In this document: positions 29,288 to 43,718 of the stretch, in pieces
How the letters are laid out: every line of letters begins with the position of its first letter
How positions within the stretch are numbered: the stretch's first letter is position 1
Program-made: the position numbers and the translations under genes
Notes under the pieces: generated by a model
Told to the model about the DNA's origin: nothing
Databases searched by the model: none
The model's input: the letters and a program-made list of their open reading frames with translations, nothing else
Source of the DNA: Camelus dromedarius
Lineage: Eukaryota
Length of the DNA stretch: 64,000 nt
Direction of reading: 5' to 3'
Assembly: GCF_036321535.1 (NCBI RefSeq)
Contig: NC_087436.1
Span: forward strand, 95,110,001-95,174,000

Positions 29288-30028
29288 TTAAAACAATTAT
29301 GTAATTCCTGGGGGAAAAAACTCCAAAACACAAATATGACCCGAAAAAATTTACCTAAAGATTAATGGGTACTCTTAGGTCTTTTTTAAGTGGAAATGGT
29401 ACTACAAAACAGAAGTGTCATCAGGTAACAGGAACATGACAAGCCCTCTTCAGCTGGGTCCCCAGTTCTCAGAGCAATGCTGGGCACACAACAGGCAGGT
29501 CCTTAAGAAAGTGTATGGGAGGGTGCCAGAATGAATAGACCTCAGTGACATTTGTCTTCAGAGTGACCTAATTTGAAAGATTCTTTCTCTAAAATTAAAA
29601 TTCAGTGTGAAATGAAGTTATTGCAAATTCATTTTCGGACATAGGCATATTGTAAATTATGCACTTATAAATTTATTAAACTATGAAATAAAAACTGCGG
29701 CAATGAAATTCTTTTACATCATTAGTTATGGGCATAAAGACATTTTATGATTACAAATTTGCATATAGGATAGAATTTTACCTTAAAGATAAATCAACTA
29801 TGTTCCTAAAGATCTTTTTTCCTTTAAATTATAATTGTAAAGCTATGGAGGAAAGCTATAATATCTATGCTAAGTCACGAAATGTCTTGGAGTAGAGAAA
29901 TCCTAGCGTCTACGACATTGATATTCATATTTCTATAATGTGTAACAGGGTAGAAATGAAAACGAAATGGCTTCGCCTCACTTAAAATTGAGCTGTTAAT
30001 AGAATTAACATAGTATTACTGCTCTTTA

Positions 30029-30244
<216 letters not shown>

Positions 30245-31296
30245 TTATTGTACAAACATGGAAACCATAAGAAATGCCAGTCCCACGACTCAGATCAAAC
30301 CCTAAAGCATCAGAGGTGGTTCTCTGTACATTTAAAGAATGATGGGGCCATTCCTCAAGCTCCCTGAAAACACTTTGTTGTTGTTTGGTAAAAATATAGT
30401 AGGAAAAAGGGACCAAATAGAAAGCATGGAGAGAACACTGCAGGGCCAGAGGAATTTTTGAAAAGCATCCTAAAATGATACTCAGAGAGGAATAAAAATG
30501 ACAGTCACTTTGGAAGAGCCATAGTATATTTTTCACTTTTTGTGACCAACTATGAAAGAATTACGTATCTATATGAATTAGCCAGGGTCATTGCTAAAGC
30601 AAATTTCCTCATCTGCTATGTCTCACGAGGCCCTTAATGCTTCATGAAACTAATAATGTGTCATGCTAGGAAGATGCCGGATGGCTCTGCTCCTCTCCAG
30701 CCAGGCTGGGTCTCCCGGCCTCACGAGGGAGGAGGGTTGTGATTAGTTTCATTGCACGTGAGTGCAGTTTGAGCAACCTATGGCCTTAAAAATTATTGAA
30801 CAAGCAGAAACCACCTGCTCTCTCTGTTATTCCCTGAATTTTGAAAGGGCAGTCTCACCAGCTTTTACATTACAGTTTAAGCTGCTTGCTTAAGAGAAAG
30901 TTGTGCCTGAGCTTAGGCTAAACGTACTTCTCATGTGAAAGCTTGCACGTCAAAGTTTATTATGTCAGGGTGTTGATGGCAAGTTAATGGGGAGACAAAA
31001 CCCCCACAAAACTACCCTTGGTGTATCCTCTTTGAGGGACAAAGGTTTACCTGACTATGTAAATAAGATCTTGGAGGCACTACGCACTCTCTGAGCGGTG
31101 GCAGGTGCTGCCCGGAGATGAATGAGGCAATTTCCTGCTGTGTTCAAGTTGCTGATCTGCCAGAATCAGTGACCTCTATCAGAGATAAAGAAATTACTCA
31201 TCTCTCCACCTCACTGCCTCAGTCTGCCCTTTTCTCACCCACCTTGATGAGTGAGGACCTGCACCAACCACTGATCGCTAAAGAGAAGGAAAGAAA

Positions 31297-31358
<62 letters not shown>

Positions 31359-31873
31359 ATGGGGAAAATGATGCCATTTAAAGTAATTAATGATCAGTGA
31401 CCTCATTAAGAAATGACATAGCAAGACCCTGTACTAACTTGCAAAACATCCTGTGTTACTTTACCATTAGAGAGCTCGAATGGCCTTAGACACTGGGTAG
31501 CACTGGCTTCCCAGTGGGAGGGGCATGTGGGTGAGCTGGCTCTGGCTGACGTGCATTTCTCTGCCTCATTCTGACATGCTGCTTTAGGGGAGGGGAGACG
31601 GAATCTAAAAAAGCCCTTTGGTGATTCTGCACCCTCTGTCCTCCCCTATGCTGAAGATAACCACTGCTCTGACGGAAAATTCTATTTTGTGGAGAAGTGC
31701 CTTGTTCAAGGCCACAAGGCAATTACTAGTGAAGTTGCAACTCCAGTGTAGGTCCCATGACAGCCTAGCATGTTCTCCATCACCAGGTTTCGTGATGTTG
31801 CCTCCTGAAACCTTAACTACCGCGCTCAGATGCCCCTCCCGCCATGTGCCACTGGGGGCTTGGAGCTTCTCTA

Positions 31874-32089
<216 letters not shown>

Positions 32090-32869
32090 TCATCCTTCAG
32101 AATGTGGCAGCTCCCCCAACCTCACAGCCTGCGGTCAGAGTGGCAGTGGGGGCAGCAGCAGCCCATGTTCCAGCCGCCTGGCAAAGGGGAGCTGTGCCGG
32201 TTTGGCAGCAGGGCAGCCAGGCAGCAGGCTGCGGCCGGGGCCGGGGCTGGTGGAGCCCGGCTGCTCGCAGCTCTACCGGGGCACCCCGGGCTGGCCTGGA
32301 GGGCACGTGAGGGTAGGGAGGGCCCTATCAGCCTTGTTCCCAGTTGTAGGTGGTCAGTGGCTCTTTATTGCAAGAATGACTGAGTGAACAGATGAATGAC
32401 CTTTCTCAGGTCTGAGAGCCCTGGGACAGCACTGATTTTATGACTTACAGTATATTGTTAGGCTTAGCACTGCAACCCTTAATGATACCCAGGGCACCTT
32501 TTTATGTCCACGAAGCCGCAGTGCTAAGCAAGTGGAAATCAAGCAAGTCTCCGTGGATTGTCTATCTGATGGAAAAATATTATACCTCTAGAGAAATTTC
32601 CCACGATTTCCTAGGCCACCTGCTTGGTCCTACAATATTTCGTATTGATATGTCTTCCCTCCAGATTAGAAGCTACTTAAGGACACAGACAGTATTTGTT
32701 TTGCTCATTTCTAAATTCAGAGCATCTAAATCAGTGCCTGGAACAATGCAGGTGATAAAATGAGTATTTACTGAATAAGGAATTTACTAATTAATTACAC
32801 CGTATACACTAATATATTCATGATATAATATAACATGTTATATATATCATAAAATAAGACTAATTAATA

Positions 32870-33085
32870 AATTAGGAGTTTGGGATTTGCAGATACTAAC
32901 TACTATATATAAAATAGATAAACAACAAGGTCCTACTGTATAGCACAGGGAACTATAATCAATATCTTATAATAAGCAATAATGATAAGGAATATGAAAG
33001 AGAATATATGTATGACTGACTCACTGTGCTGTACACCAGAAACTAACACAACATTGTAAATCAACCATACTTCAATTAAAAACAC
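32870..33085 (+). mobile_element. L1 3' end fragment
   Basis: aattaggagtttggg…tactgtatagcacagggaacta…ttcaattaaaa. Confidence 0.85.
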
Positions 33086-33938
33086 TTACAATTTTTTTTA
33101 AAGAGTAAAAAAAGTTTCTGGTACGTGCTAAAGCATTGATTCCACAACGAATTTATCACCAGTTTGGGGTGGTGGACGGGACTAAAAGCATCATTCGTCT
33201 GGTCTGATTACATGAACTCAAAAGCCTCTGAGAAGAAAGCACTCTGGCCTATGTCAGCGGGTGAAGGCAGCAGGTTCAGGGACGACAAAGCTATGTGAGA
33301 AATACTGTATCGAACACGTCTAGTTGTGCTGTTTTCTGTTTTATAAACAAAATGGTTAATCAGCAGCTTGTGAAGATAGCCAGGGCGACTTGTAGGTCTG
33401 TGTTCAAAACATTTGGCTTAATCAGTTTATCATCACCTCGAATTTGGGAGCAGATCAGTAAACAACAAACCAGAGAAGTAAAGCACATGTGTCCAGTGAG
33501 GAGTTTGATGGAGAAGCACAGACCAAGGAAGAGGAATAGGGGCAGCTCCGGGTTAGGAATTTCAAATGGAGAAATTGCCTTTTGAATAATAACCAGGAGG
33601 AGGAGAGTGGAGAGCCGCACAGATCCCGGGAAGAGCCTTCAGGCAGAGACACTGCCAGAGCCAAGTCCAGGAGGGAGGGGAGTGCCTGGCTTGCTAAGGG
33701 ACAGCTGGGAGGCCAAGGCGGCCACGGCTCGGGGAAGGGGGAGGGAGGCGTGTGCCTTGCGGGTAGAGAGAGAGGTGGCTGTCTTTGTTCACGATGAAGA
33801 TGATATAAGCAAATCATAAAACCCAAAGAGGTAAGGGCTCAGATGGAGCAAAATTTTGCAGCACGTAATCCAGTCCTCAGGGGTATTAAGAAAACTTCCC
33901 GGAGGTGATGCCTGAACTGAGCCTTCAAGAATGAGAAG

Positions 33939-34157
33939 TCTGTTACAAGGAATTGAATAAAGCTCCTGTGCTATATAGTAGGCCTTTGTTGTTAATCTAC
34001 TTTATATACAATAATGGATGGAAAAGAATCTGAAAAAGAATATAACTGAATCACCTTGCTACAGACCTGAAATTAACACAACACCGTAAATCAGCCATTC
34101 TTCCAAAAAAAAAAAATACTGAGGGAGAATAAAAACAACGGAAATTAAAGAAAACAA
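33939..34157 (+). mobile_element. L1 3' end with 5' inversion
   Basis: TSD aagaatgagaag at 33927-33938 and 34158-34169; 33941-34010 antisense, 34011-34117 sense. Confidence 0.8.
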
Positions 34158-37021
34158 AAGAATGAGAAGGCATTAGTCACATGCACAAAGGGAGAGCTGG
34201 AGGGCTACAGAGTCCAGGATAGAATGAGAGAGCGCGATATCAACAAAAGCTAAGATTATGTCTTTGCTGGGCGGAGATCTTGAACCCATCCTCCCTAGTT
34301 AGGCAAAGAGGGGCAGCTCCCACAGGGTCTCATTCCCAAACTGCCCAGTCCTTCTCTGGGTGAGGTGGTGCTGCAGGGCAGAAAAAGCCCTGGCCTGAGA
34401 CTTGGATGGTAGGAGTTCTTCCCCAGCTCCTGCACTTACTGCTACGTGACCTGGGGCCAGTCACAGGGCTTCTTACCTTCCATTTCCTCCCTTGTAAACA
34501 TGGGATAATAAACGCCACCCATCCCCTCTTTAGCATTGCTGTAAGGACCAAATAATACAACAAATGCGTAAGTATTTTGCAAACACTAAAGATTTACATT
34601 ACTATATTGCTATGTGCTACAAAGATATAAACACAGGGAGATTAAAGATATTGAAAGTAATCAACACTAAATTAGGATACAAGCACCCTGTGTAGCCCCC
34701 ACTTTTCAATGTGCATTCATTCTATAAAACAGAGAAATACACCAATAGCTTGCAGCAAGTATTTTAGGAAAATAATCACAGAGAAAGTGCAAGTGGATAA
34801 AAAACAGATGATAAAGAATGATGCAACAAAGAATACCTATTGCCACAATTCTTGGTCTGTACATGTGGCCGAGAAGATCTTTACCAAAGCAATAAAAGGA
34901 GGAAATAGCTTTCAAAGATCTCCTCACAACAGTGGTAAACCAAATTAGAGACCCATAGCAGTGTGATAAAATTACACTCTGCTGGAAAGACAAACATGCA
35001 AATCATTAGCTAATGTTATTAAATGCAGAGGAGCCTGATATTAAATTTATCTAAAAATGACAGTTTATTACATTTCCTGAGACAATCAAATAAATTATTC
35101 AGGTGTTAGAGGGCTTTTAAGAATGTAAGTGCTTACAAGAAAAAAATATGATGAAAATGCTCTGGTTTCTCTCTGAATTTTGCTCCTGGATTGCCTGCTC
35201 ACCCTCACCCATGAGACTGCTCTCTATAGCTTTCAGTTAATCCCTCACCTTCCTGGAGTTGTAACACTCCATTATAATTGGATTGATTTAATGACAACCC
35301 TGCTATTCTTCTTTCCTGTTCTTCTTTCAGTGTTCAAATATCATTTATTTATTAAATTAAATTAATTAAAATTAATACTGTTTTGATAATCTGGAGATGC
35401 CCTATGGGAAAATGGATATATTATGGGAGATAACAGGATTCTGTCACTTAAAGAGAAATGAATCTATCATTTCTTAAACATGCTATCAAGACCCCAATTT
35501 TTTTTTTTTTTATTTTGGACATATTCAAAAATCTCTATTAAGCCTGGAACATATCACATGTAGTAACATTTTTTATTTAACAGTATTGAATCAAGTTTCC
35601 TTTCCAAGAAAAAGCACTAGTTGGGGATGCAAAACTGCCTTAACTACTTGCACTGGCAACAATATCTCTTCGCTGTTAGGGAGAATCTAGGATCTTCTTT
35701 TTATCCTTTTTGAATGACACCCCAAGAGGACCAAGGTCTGCCTCAGGTATCATGAGACTGAAGAGAAATAGCCTGGATCTTTTTGCTGATTGTTACTCTG
35801 GAAAAGAAGCATCTACATGAACTCACCTTGGGTCCATAACACTAGCTGCATGAACTTTAACAGCTAGTGTCTTAGTTTCTTCATTATTAAAACAAAGACA
35901 AGGCTGTCATCCTTTGTGACTTTGTAGAAACACACAAATGTTCAGAAACATTGTTCTCCAGCTGTCTCTTTGATATTGGCCTCTATGCTTCAGTATAATT
36001 GATTATTCTATTTTGATGCAAACGAGCATAAATCTCATTAAACTGAAGGCACATAAGGTCATTATGTGGGGCTAAAGCAGGGGATAGTGTTTAAATGATA
36101 GTTTGTAAATGTTTAGAATAATTTTGCCCTGAGCATCGAGGCAGAAGCATTTGAGGTCTTGTGTCTGAGCTTTCATTAAAGGTATGTAACACAGCTGGGC
36201 ACAAAATGCTTCCAGGGACTGAGTATGCATGCATATTATCACGGATACAATTAGAAATAAAAGCTACAGTTTATTGCATCCTTACTATTTTCCTGGCATT
36301 GTGTTAGCACTTTAAATAATAATAACAGCTAACACTTTGAGTAGTTCTGTGTGCCAGGCACTATAATATATGTTTTTACATGTATTACTTAATTTGATCT
36401 TTACAATAGCTCTTGGGAATACATATCACTGTCTCCATTTTGCAGGTGAGATACTGAGTTTCAGGAAGGTTAAATAACTTGTTCAAGGCCAAATAGCAAG
36501 TAAGTAGTGAAAATGTTGCAAATGAGACCCTTCAGATGATCCCAGGAGAAGTCAGCCTTGTGTGTCCACGGTTGCTTAAATTTTCAGCATAACCTACACA
36601 AAACAGTTGTGGTTGTAGTGCTTGGTGGTGACATCAGTCACCCTCTGTGTATGTAGCCAATGCTTTCCTATCTTCTGCTCCCAAATGGACAACCTAGTCA
36701 TTAAGCACATCCAACTCTGAGAACATCTTTTCCCCCTTAAGGGAGCCTTGATTCTCACAAAATAGGTTCTAGTCTCCTTGGGTCATGTCATTGTCTGGCT
36801 GGAAGGTTATTGGGAGTGGGTACCTGGCTTACTCAGTGATTGACAACCCCACACATGGCACACTGGTGTACTGCGTGCCTTCGTGCCTTTGATGGAGAGA
36901 AGCTAGAACTCTTAAAAAATGACCTTTGTCAGAACTGTACTCTTTGCGTGAAGCGTAGGTCACCGACAAATACACCCTGATTCCTACACATGTAAATCAA
37001 AAGGAAGAAGAAAAATATGAA

Positions 37022-37247
37022 GGGTAGGGGGATAAATTAGGAATTTGGGATTAGCAGATACAAACTACTATATATAAAATAGATAAACAACAAGGACCTA
37101 CTGTGTAGCACAGGGAACTATATTCAATAGCCTGTAATTCTGAAAAAGAATATTAAAAAGGATATGTATCTATATATCTATACATATATATATATGCTGT
37201 ACACCAGAAACTAGCACATTATAAATTAACTATACTACAATTAAAAA
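37022..37247 (+). mobile_element. L1 3' end
   Basis: 17-bp TSD aagaagaaaaatatgaa at 37005-37021 and 37248-37264. Confidence 0.9.
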
Positions 37248-37680
37248 AAGAAGAAAAATATGAAAAGAAATCCACTGAAAGACCTGCCCACCAACAAATC
37301 AACCACATTCAACAACTTTCACATGCTGATAAAAAAAAATTAGACACTAGAGCATAAGCTGTAGTCACTGGGCCCTGTTTAGTGCACTGTGACCTTGGTT
37401 CATTTGACCAGATGCATTTTCTGTGTGCCTGTGATGTGCCAGGGACTGCGCCGTCCAGAAAAATAAAGACGCCTGACTCAGGAGTCACCACCCAGCAGAA
37501 GAGAGGATTAGAGGTCAACGTGACCAGCCCCCGTAACAAGAGCAGGTGCACAGAGTGTTTGGAAGTGAGAAGGAGGAGCGCCTGAATTAAATAACTCTGC
37601 CCTGTTCCAAGGGCTGTGCTTATTAACAGCAGTTGCATAAGGGTTTTCACCAACAGTCTGTCTTGCTATTTAACTGGTTA

Positions 37681-37827
<147 letters not shown>

Positions 37828-38004
37828 TCAGCATAACTGTCATCTTTTCTTCTCATTAATGATGTTTGTGTACAGCTGTGCCCAGGTCTCCCAGGTGAGT
37901 CCTGGTGTGGGAGGTAATGCTGGGTTGAATGTTGGATTTACTGCTTACAAACTGTGCAACTTTAGGTAAGTTACATAAGCTCCTTGGGTCTCAGTTTTCT
38001 CCTG

Positions 38005-38709
38005 TTTTTGATTAAATATATTTGACATATAACATTGTGTAAATTTAAGGTGTACATCTGGTTAATTTGACACAAGTGTATATTGTAACCTGATTGCTGT
38101 TGTAGCAGTATTTAGGACCTCTGTCAGATTACATACATAATTACCCTTCTTTTTTTAGTGGTTGGGATAATTGTTTTAGTCTCTTAGCAAGTTTGATGAT
38201 TGCAGTACAGTACTGCTGTCCACATTCCTTATACCGCACACTAGATCTCTATGGTTTATTTACTACTTTTGCAAGTTTGTACCCCTAAACAACATCAATC
38301 TTATTCTCCACTCCATCCCCTGGTAACTGCCACTTTACTGGTTTTTATGAGTTTGACTTTTTCAGATTCCACATATAAGTGATACAATATAGTATTTGTC
38401 TTTCTCTGCCTGACTTTATCTCACTTAGCATAATGTGCTCAAAGTCCATCCATGTTATCAGAAATGGCAGGATGTCCTCGTTTTTCATGGCTGAATAATA
38501 TTCCAATGTGTATAGCACATATTTTAAATCCATTCATTTGTTTATGTACATTTAGGTGTTTCCATACCTTGGCTATTGTGAGTAATGCTGCAATGAACAT
38601 GGGAGTGCACATATTGCTTTGAAATCCTCTTTTTTGGTTTCCTCCAAAAATTAGAAATAGGTCTACCATACAATCCAGCAATTCCACTTCTGTGTATATA
38701 CCCAAAGGA
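38005..38709 (-). mobile_element. Older L1 (L1MA-like) 3' end with inverted 5' piece, nested in a MIR
   Basis: ORF2 C-terminus/3' UTR antisense at 38005-38630; sense piece (…ccagcaattccacttctg…cccaaagga) at 38634-38709. Confidence 0.8.
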
Positions 38710-40707
38710 GGTTTTCTATTTTAAAGTGAGATCCACACTTCATTGTGATCCTTTGTGGGGTAAATGCAAGAACAAATGGGAAGAACATTGCATGTACACA
38801 CAACAGATACTAAATAAATGGTCGTGGTCGCTCTTCTACCACAGCGACTAAAAACACACTTCAGAGTTAACCCTGGATTCAAATATCAGCTCTTCACTTA
38901 CTAGTTATGTGACCTTGGGTAATTTATTTAAGCTTTCTATGCCTCAGTTCCCGTAGCTATAACATGAGAACTAACAGCATCTACCTTAGCAAGATTGTTT
39001 TGAAGGTTAAATGAAATGAGGTACTTAAGAGTACTTGTAGTGATGCTTATAGTGATGGTCAATACCTTATATATATAATGCAAACAAACATGTATGCAAA
39101 CAAGTTATAAATAAATAAATGTTATATGCATATTACAGATATACGTACAAATACACGTGCTGAATGTGTTATTGTACTGGGGTTACAAAAATGTATGAGA
39201 CACACTTTTCTTCTCAACGATCTTGCAGTCTCAAGGAGGGAGGCCCTTGTGAACTGGTAACAGCCACACTAGGTGTGAGTGCAGTGACGGTGGGCGCGCC
39301 AGCAAGGGGGCTGCAGGGCCTCTTCGGGAGGTGAGAGGGTGCATGGGGACACTGCACAGAGGATGATGCTTGAACTGGTCCTCCCTGCTCAGTGTCTTCA
39401 GAACCCCTCTTTTGAAACTATCCTTCATAAATACTTAAACATTATTTGTACAGATGGCCAGTCATTCTCTGTGAATCTGAAGACTGATTTGAAAGTCCAA
39501 AATGGTCACAGTGCATGGAGAACCGTATGAAAAGTGAAGTCTGACTCTAAAGTAGCAAGGTTTTAATTTTTTCACTCTGCAGGCCAAACACTTGCTCTAG
39601 AAGAACAGCCCGCAGAGAAGCTGCCATATTCTTTGGATGATGTTTTATTATTCATCACAGTAGTGGATTCGCACATCAGGATAAGTGAGAGAGTTAGAGA
39701 GGGTGTCCTCGATGCCAGGATACCACTTTCCTGAAAGCTGCTAATGCTCGTCATCAGGATATAATGCAACGATCGCCAAGGCTCTGAGAGGAAGCGTGGT
39801 GGGAAGCCATCAACACAAAACCCACAGGCACGGAGTCCAGAAGGTGGAAGCAAATACACCCTGCATGGTGGCCGCCACCACGCCTTTCTGCCCTGACCTT
39901 TCCAGAGTCTTCATTTCAGCTCATACACGCATGCATAGAGCTCATGATCCTAGATACGCTCACATCACATTCCTACAGTACAGATATATTTTCTAAGCAG
40001 CAGTTTTCTAAGAGTAAAGAAAAAAAGGTAATTGAAGAAATGTATTCAACTACAACACTTAGTGAAAATGTATACACACAGGTGGGACCTCCTGGTTTCT
40101 CCACGTCTTTTGAGGGTGACCATCCTCTGGGAGTGAATGCATTGGGGTTTTATGCTTTTGGCATCCCCCAGGAAGGGTTCCCCTTAGTCCTCTTGGTCAG
40201 CATCTTTCTATGAAGGCATCTCTTTTGCTTCCTCCAAGTTCATTCCATTATGCCAAGATGATGTGCACTGAATCTTGACTTCAAGCCAATAATAAATAAT
40301 AAATAACCATGCACTCCTCAATAAATATTTGCAGAATGCTGACTACATGCTTCACACCATGCTTAAGTGTTGTCAGGGACACAAGGGTAGAAAGCCTGCC
40401 TTATAAATCTTTTCCCTGAGAAGGAATGATAATTCCTTCCTCGAAGGTTAGCAGAGGAGATGTGTATCACTTTCCGGTCAAGGTTTATCCTCACGCGTGC
40501 TGACGAGGCTCCTTGAGGTGAGAAACAGCTGGAGACAAAGGGAAGAGAGCAGGCAGGAGGGTGGTGTGGAAATCTGAGAATTCTAGATGGGAACCTGGCT
40601 TTTCAGGCCATTGTGAAGGTGTATTTGTCAAGGAAAGACAACAGAATATATTTTCTTTAATGGTTGGTTTCCAAAACTTCTTTAAGTTTTAAATATTGGG
40701 TATGTGT

Positions 40708-40897
40708 AGGGTTGCCAGCTAAAAATCTAGGACATCTAATTGAATTTGAATTCTAGACAAACATCAAATGTTTTCTTAGTAGAAGCGTGTGTCTCAAATA
40801 CTGCACAGGACATATTAATACTAAACAGTAGTCCTTGTTTATCTAAAGTTAAAATGTAGTCATCCTGCATTTTCATTTGCTGAATCTGACAACCCCT
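40708..40897. mobile_element. MER53-like palindromic hAT MITE
   Basis: Inverted ends tagggttgccag / ctgacaacccct; internal ttgaatttgaatt…agacaaaca / ttgtttatctaaa symmetry. Confidence 0.75.
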
Positions 40898-42705
40898 GTA
40901 TGGGTCTCCATTGGTATTCTTACCAGAAGCCTGTGAACATTAGGATGGGCCTAGTGGAGCCGCACCATGAACAAGGTGAACAGGGCCTGGCTTCTGGATT
41001 CCTCGATGCTGGAAAGCTGCCTGCCCACCAGGCACCCACATCTTGGACTTACAGGAGTGAGGGTAACTCCTGCTGTTTTTGATCCATATATTTTTGGGAC
41101 TATTTATCATAGCACCCAGTAACTTTATCATTACTAAGCCAAGGAAAAATTCTGCATTTCTTACTATGAAAACTACAAACCTCTCCAGGCTGGAGAACAA
41201 AAGCAGAGCTTGTGGGAGGAGTATGCAGACAGAGGGAAACGCGCCCCTCCAGGGACCAAACCTCCTTCCTGGCAACAGCAGACCGCTGGGCTCTTTCTAG
41301 GGGCCTGGGGCTGTTTCATATCTGATAGAACCAGCCAGAGTGGAACGTCTCTCCGCTACCATGAACGCTTTGAGGAGCCATGTCCTCCATAATGTTTTAT
41401 ATAATAATAATACACACACACATATTTATAAAACATAGGAATGCATATAAAAATAAAATGTCACCAACATTATATATGCATATATATATATATATGCATA
41501 AAATGGCAGCTAACATTTATTGACCGGTTTATTTGTACCAGGCCTGCTGACACTAGCTTCACATGGATTATCTCATTTAATTCTTTTAATATAATTTTAT
41601 GAAGTAGATTACTATCATTCCCATTTCATCGATAAGGATATTGAGGTAAGATAAGTCCAAAATCATACAGCTACTGAGTGGACTGGATCACATAATGTAT
41701 GACCTCCCCCACCACAAATCCTGCTTTTGTAGGGAAAAATTGGTGCTTCAGTGGAAAACTGCTTTTTCTAGAGCTCACCTTCCTAGACTGCCAGGCTCTG
41801 ATTCCACGGGAATAATTTTATAACTGTAAAGTGTAGGTAGCTGAGAGCAGTGCAAAATAATTCTTGTCTTTAGACACGTGAATGAATTTTGCCCAGTGGA
41901 GGGACAACCTCCCCTCCCATAGAAAAGCCAGACTTGTGCCCATCTGTACATTCATTTCAAAATTGCTTTATTCCATATGAATTTGTGCTTCTTTGGCTTT
42001 TCCTTTGAACTGGTTATAACATATCTGATTCTTTCACTTAATTAAAGAGTGAAATAAATCCTTTGATTTGTGTTCATTTGATATTTGTATGATTTTGCTT
42101 TAAAAAAGTTATCCGTTAACAGTTTAACCACGAGACTGTCAGTGATGCCTTATGGATAACAAAAGAGGAAATAAACACAGGTAGTAACTTGTAACTCTAT
42201 AATCTTGGTGGGGGGGTGGTGTCTATCCTGTTGGTTCTTGGTGGCAGAGGTCATCTTTCTCTCACTAGTTGGGCTTCAAAAATGTCTCAACTTCCTCAAA
42301 GTCCAAACATAAGAAGACAAAGCCTAGAAAGAGTCAAAAATCACTGCTCCCCTGTAAGGCTCACTTCCAAGATCAGCTTCGTGAGCGAGGACCTGCCTTT
42401 CCCCAGCATCACTGGGATCCCCGTGGCCCCTCACAGAGGGCCCAGAGGTACTGCCTTGTGGCCTCCACTGGAAAAACATTCCAGAGTACAGTCAGCTTGA
42501 CATTCACACAAAAGAGCTATATATGCAATTAAATGAATTAATAGTTTTGAAGTGCTTAGATTAGTGATTATATAAATTAGTGGTTATATAAACACACATA
42601 AGTGTTTGCTAAATAAAAACACACACATTTGGGGACACACGCACATCTGGGACACACACAAACACACTCACATCACATAGATCCTTTAAAAAAAAGAAAT
42701 CACCA

Positions 42706-42818
42706 CATACTACTATGTATAAAATAGATAAACTACAAGGTCCTATGGTATAGCACAAGGAACTGTATTCAATAGTCTGTAATCACCTGTAATGGAAAAG
42801 AACCTGAAAAAGAATATG

Positions 42819-42849
<31 letters not shown>

Positions 42850-42917
42850 CTGAATCACTTTGCTGTATACCTGAAACTAACACAACATTGTAAATCAATT
42901 ATACTTCAATTAAAAAA
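42706..42917 (+). mobile_element. L1 3' end with internal (CA)n
   Basis: TSD aaatcacca at 42697-42705 and 42918-42926. Confidence 0.85.
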
Positions 42918-43451
42918 AAATCACCAATCCTGCTGACTTCTACTCTTGTTTTGTTTTCTTGGGGGTCCCGATAGGACAGTGGGAATGAGCAGGACTGTTA
43001 GGTAATTTCCCGGGGTTCCATTCACGAGCGATCCTAAGTAGAACTTTAACCCCCAGTAAAGGAATCCTGCCCTCTGTGGCCCAGGCATTCTAACAAATGA
43101 GTGAATAAATAACTATATCGCCCATGAAAGTAAATATATTAAAACTCTGCCCTCTGGGAGAAACACCAGCTGCTTTTTTTCCACTAGGTAGGAATGAAGG
43201 TGTGGCCCGGGTGCGGGGGCACCTCTGACCCAGGTATCACCAAAGGGAGGCCCAGGCCAGGCACCTGACAGCAGTTTTGAGCAGCCCTCTGCACCATGAG
43301 GTGGGGGTAGTGATGACTCCGTCCATGCTGGCCCTCTGGGGGCTGGTGAGGGGGAACAGCTCAGCACAGGATAGGGAGGAAATAATATAGAACCTGAACG
43401 GGTCATCAGGCTGGACAGTACTTGTGACCTCAGCACAGTTACGAGGCTCTA

Positions 43452-43718
<267 letters not shown>

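Noticed and set aside
38345..38705. ORFs with L1 ORF2-like peptides (CTPMFIAAL, EYYSAMK)
   Set aside because: Decayed L1 fragment, not a gene.
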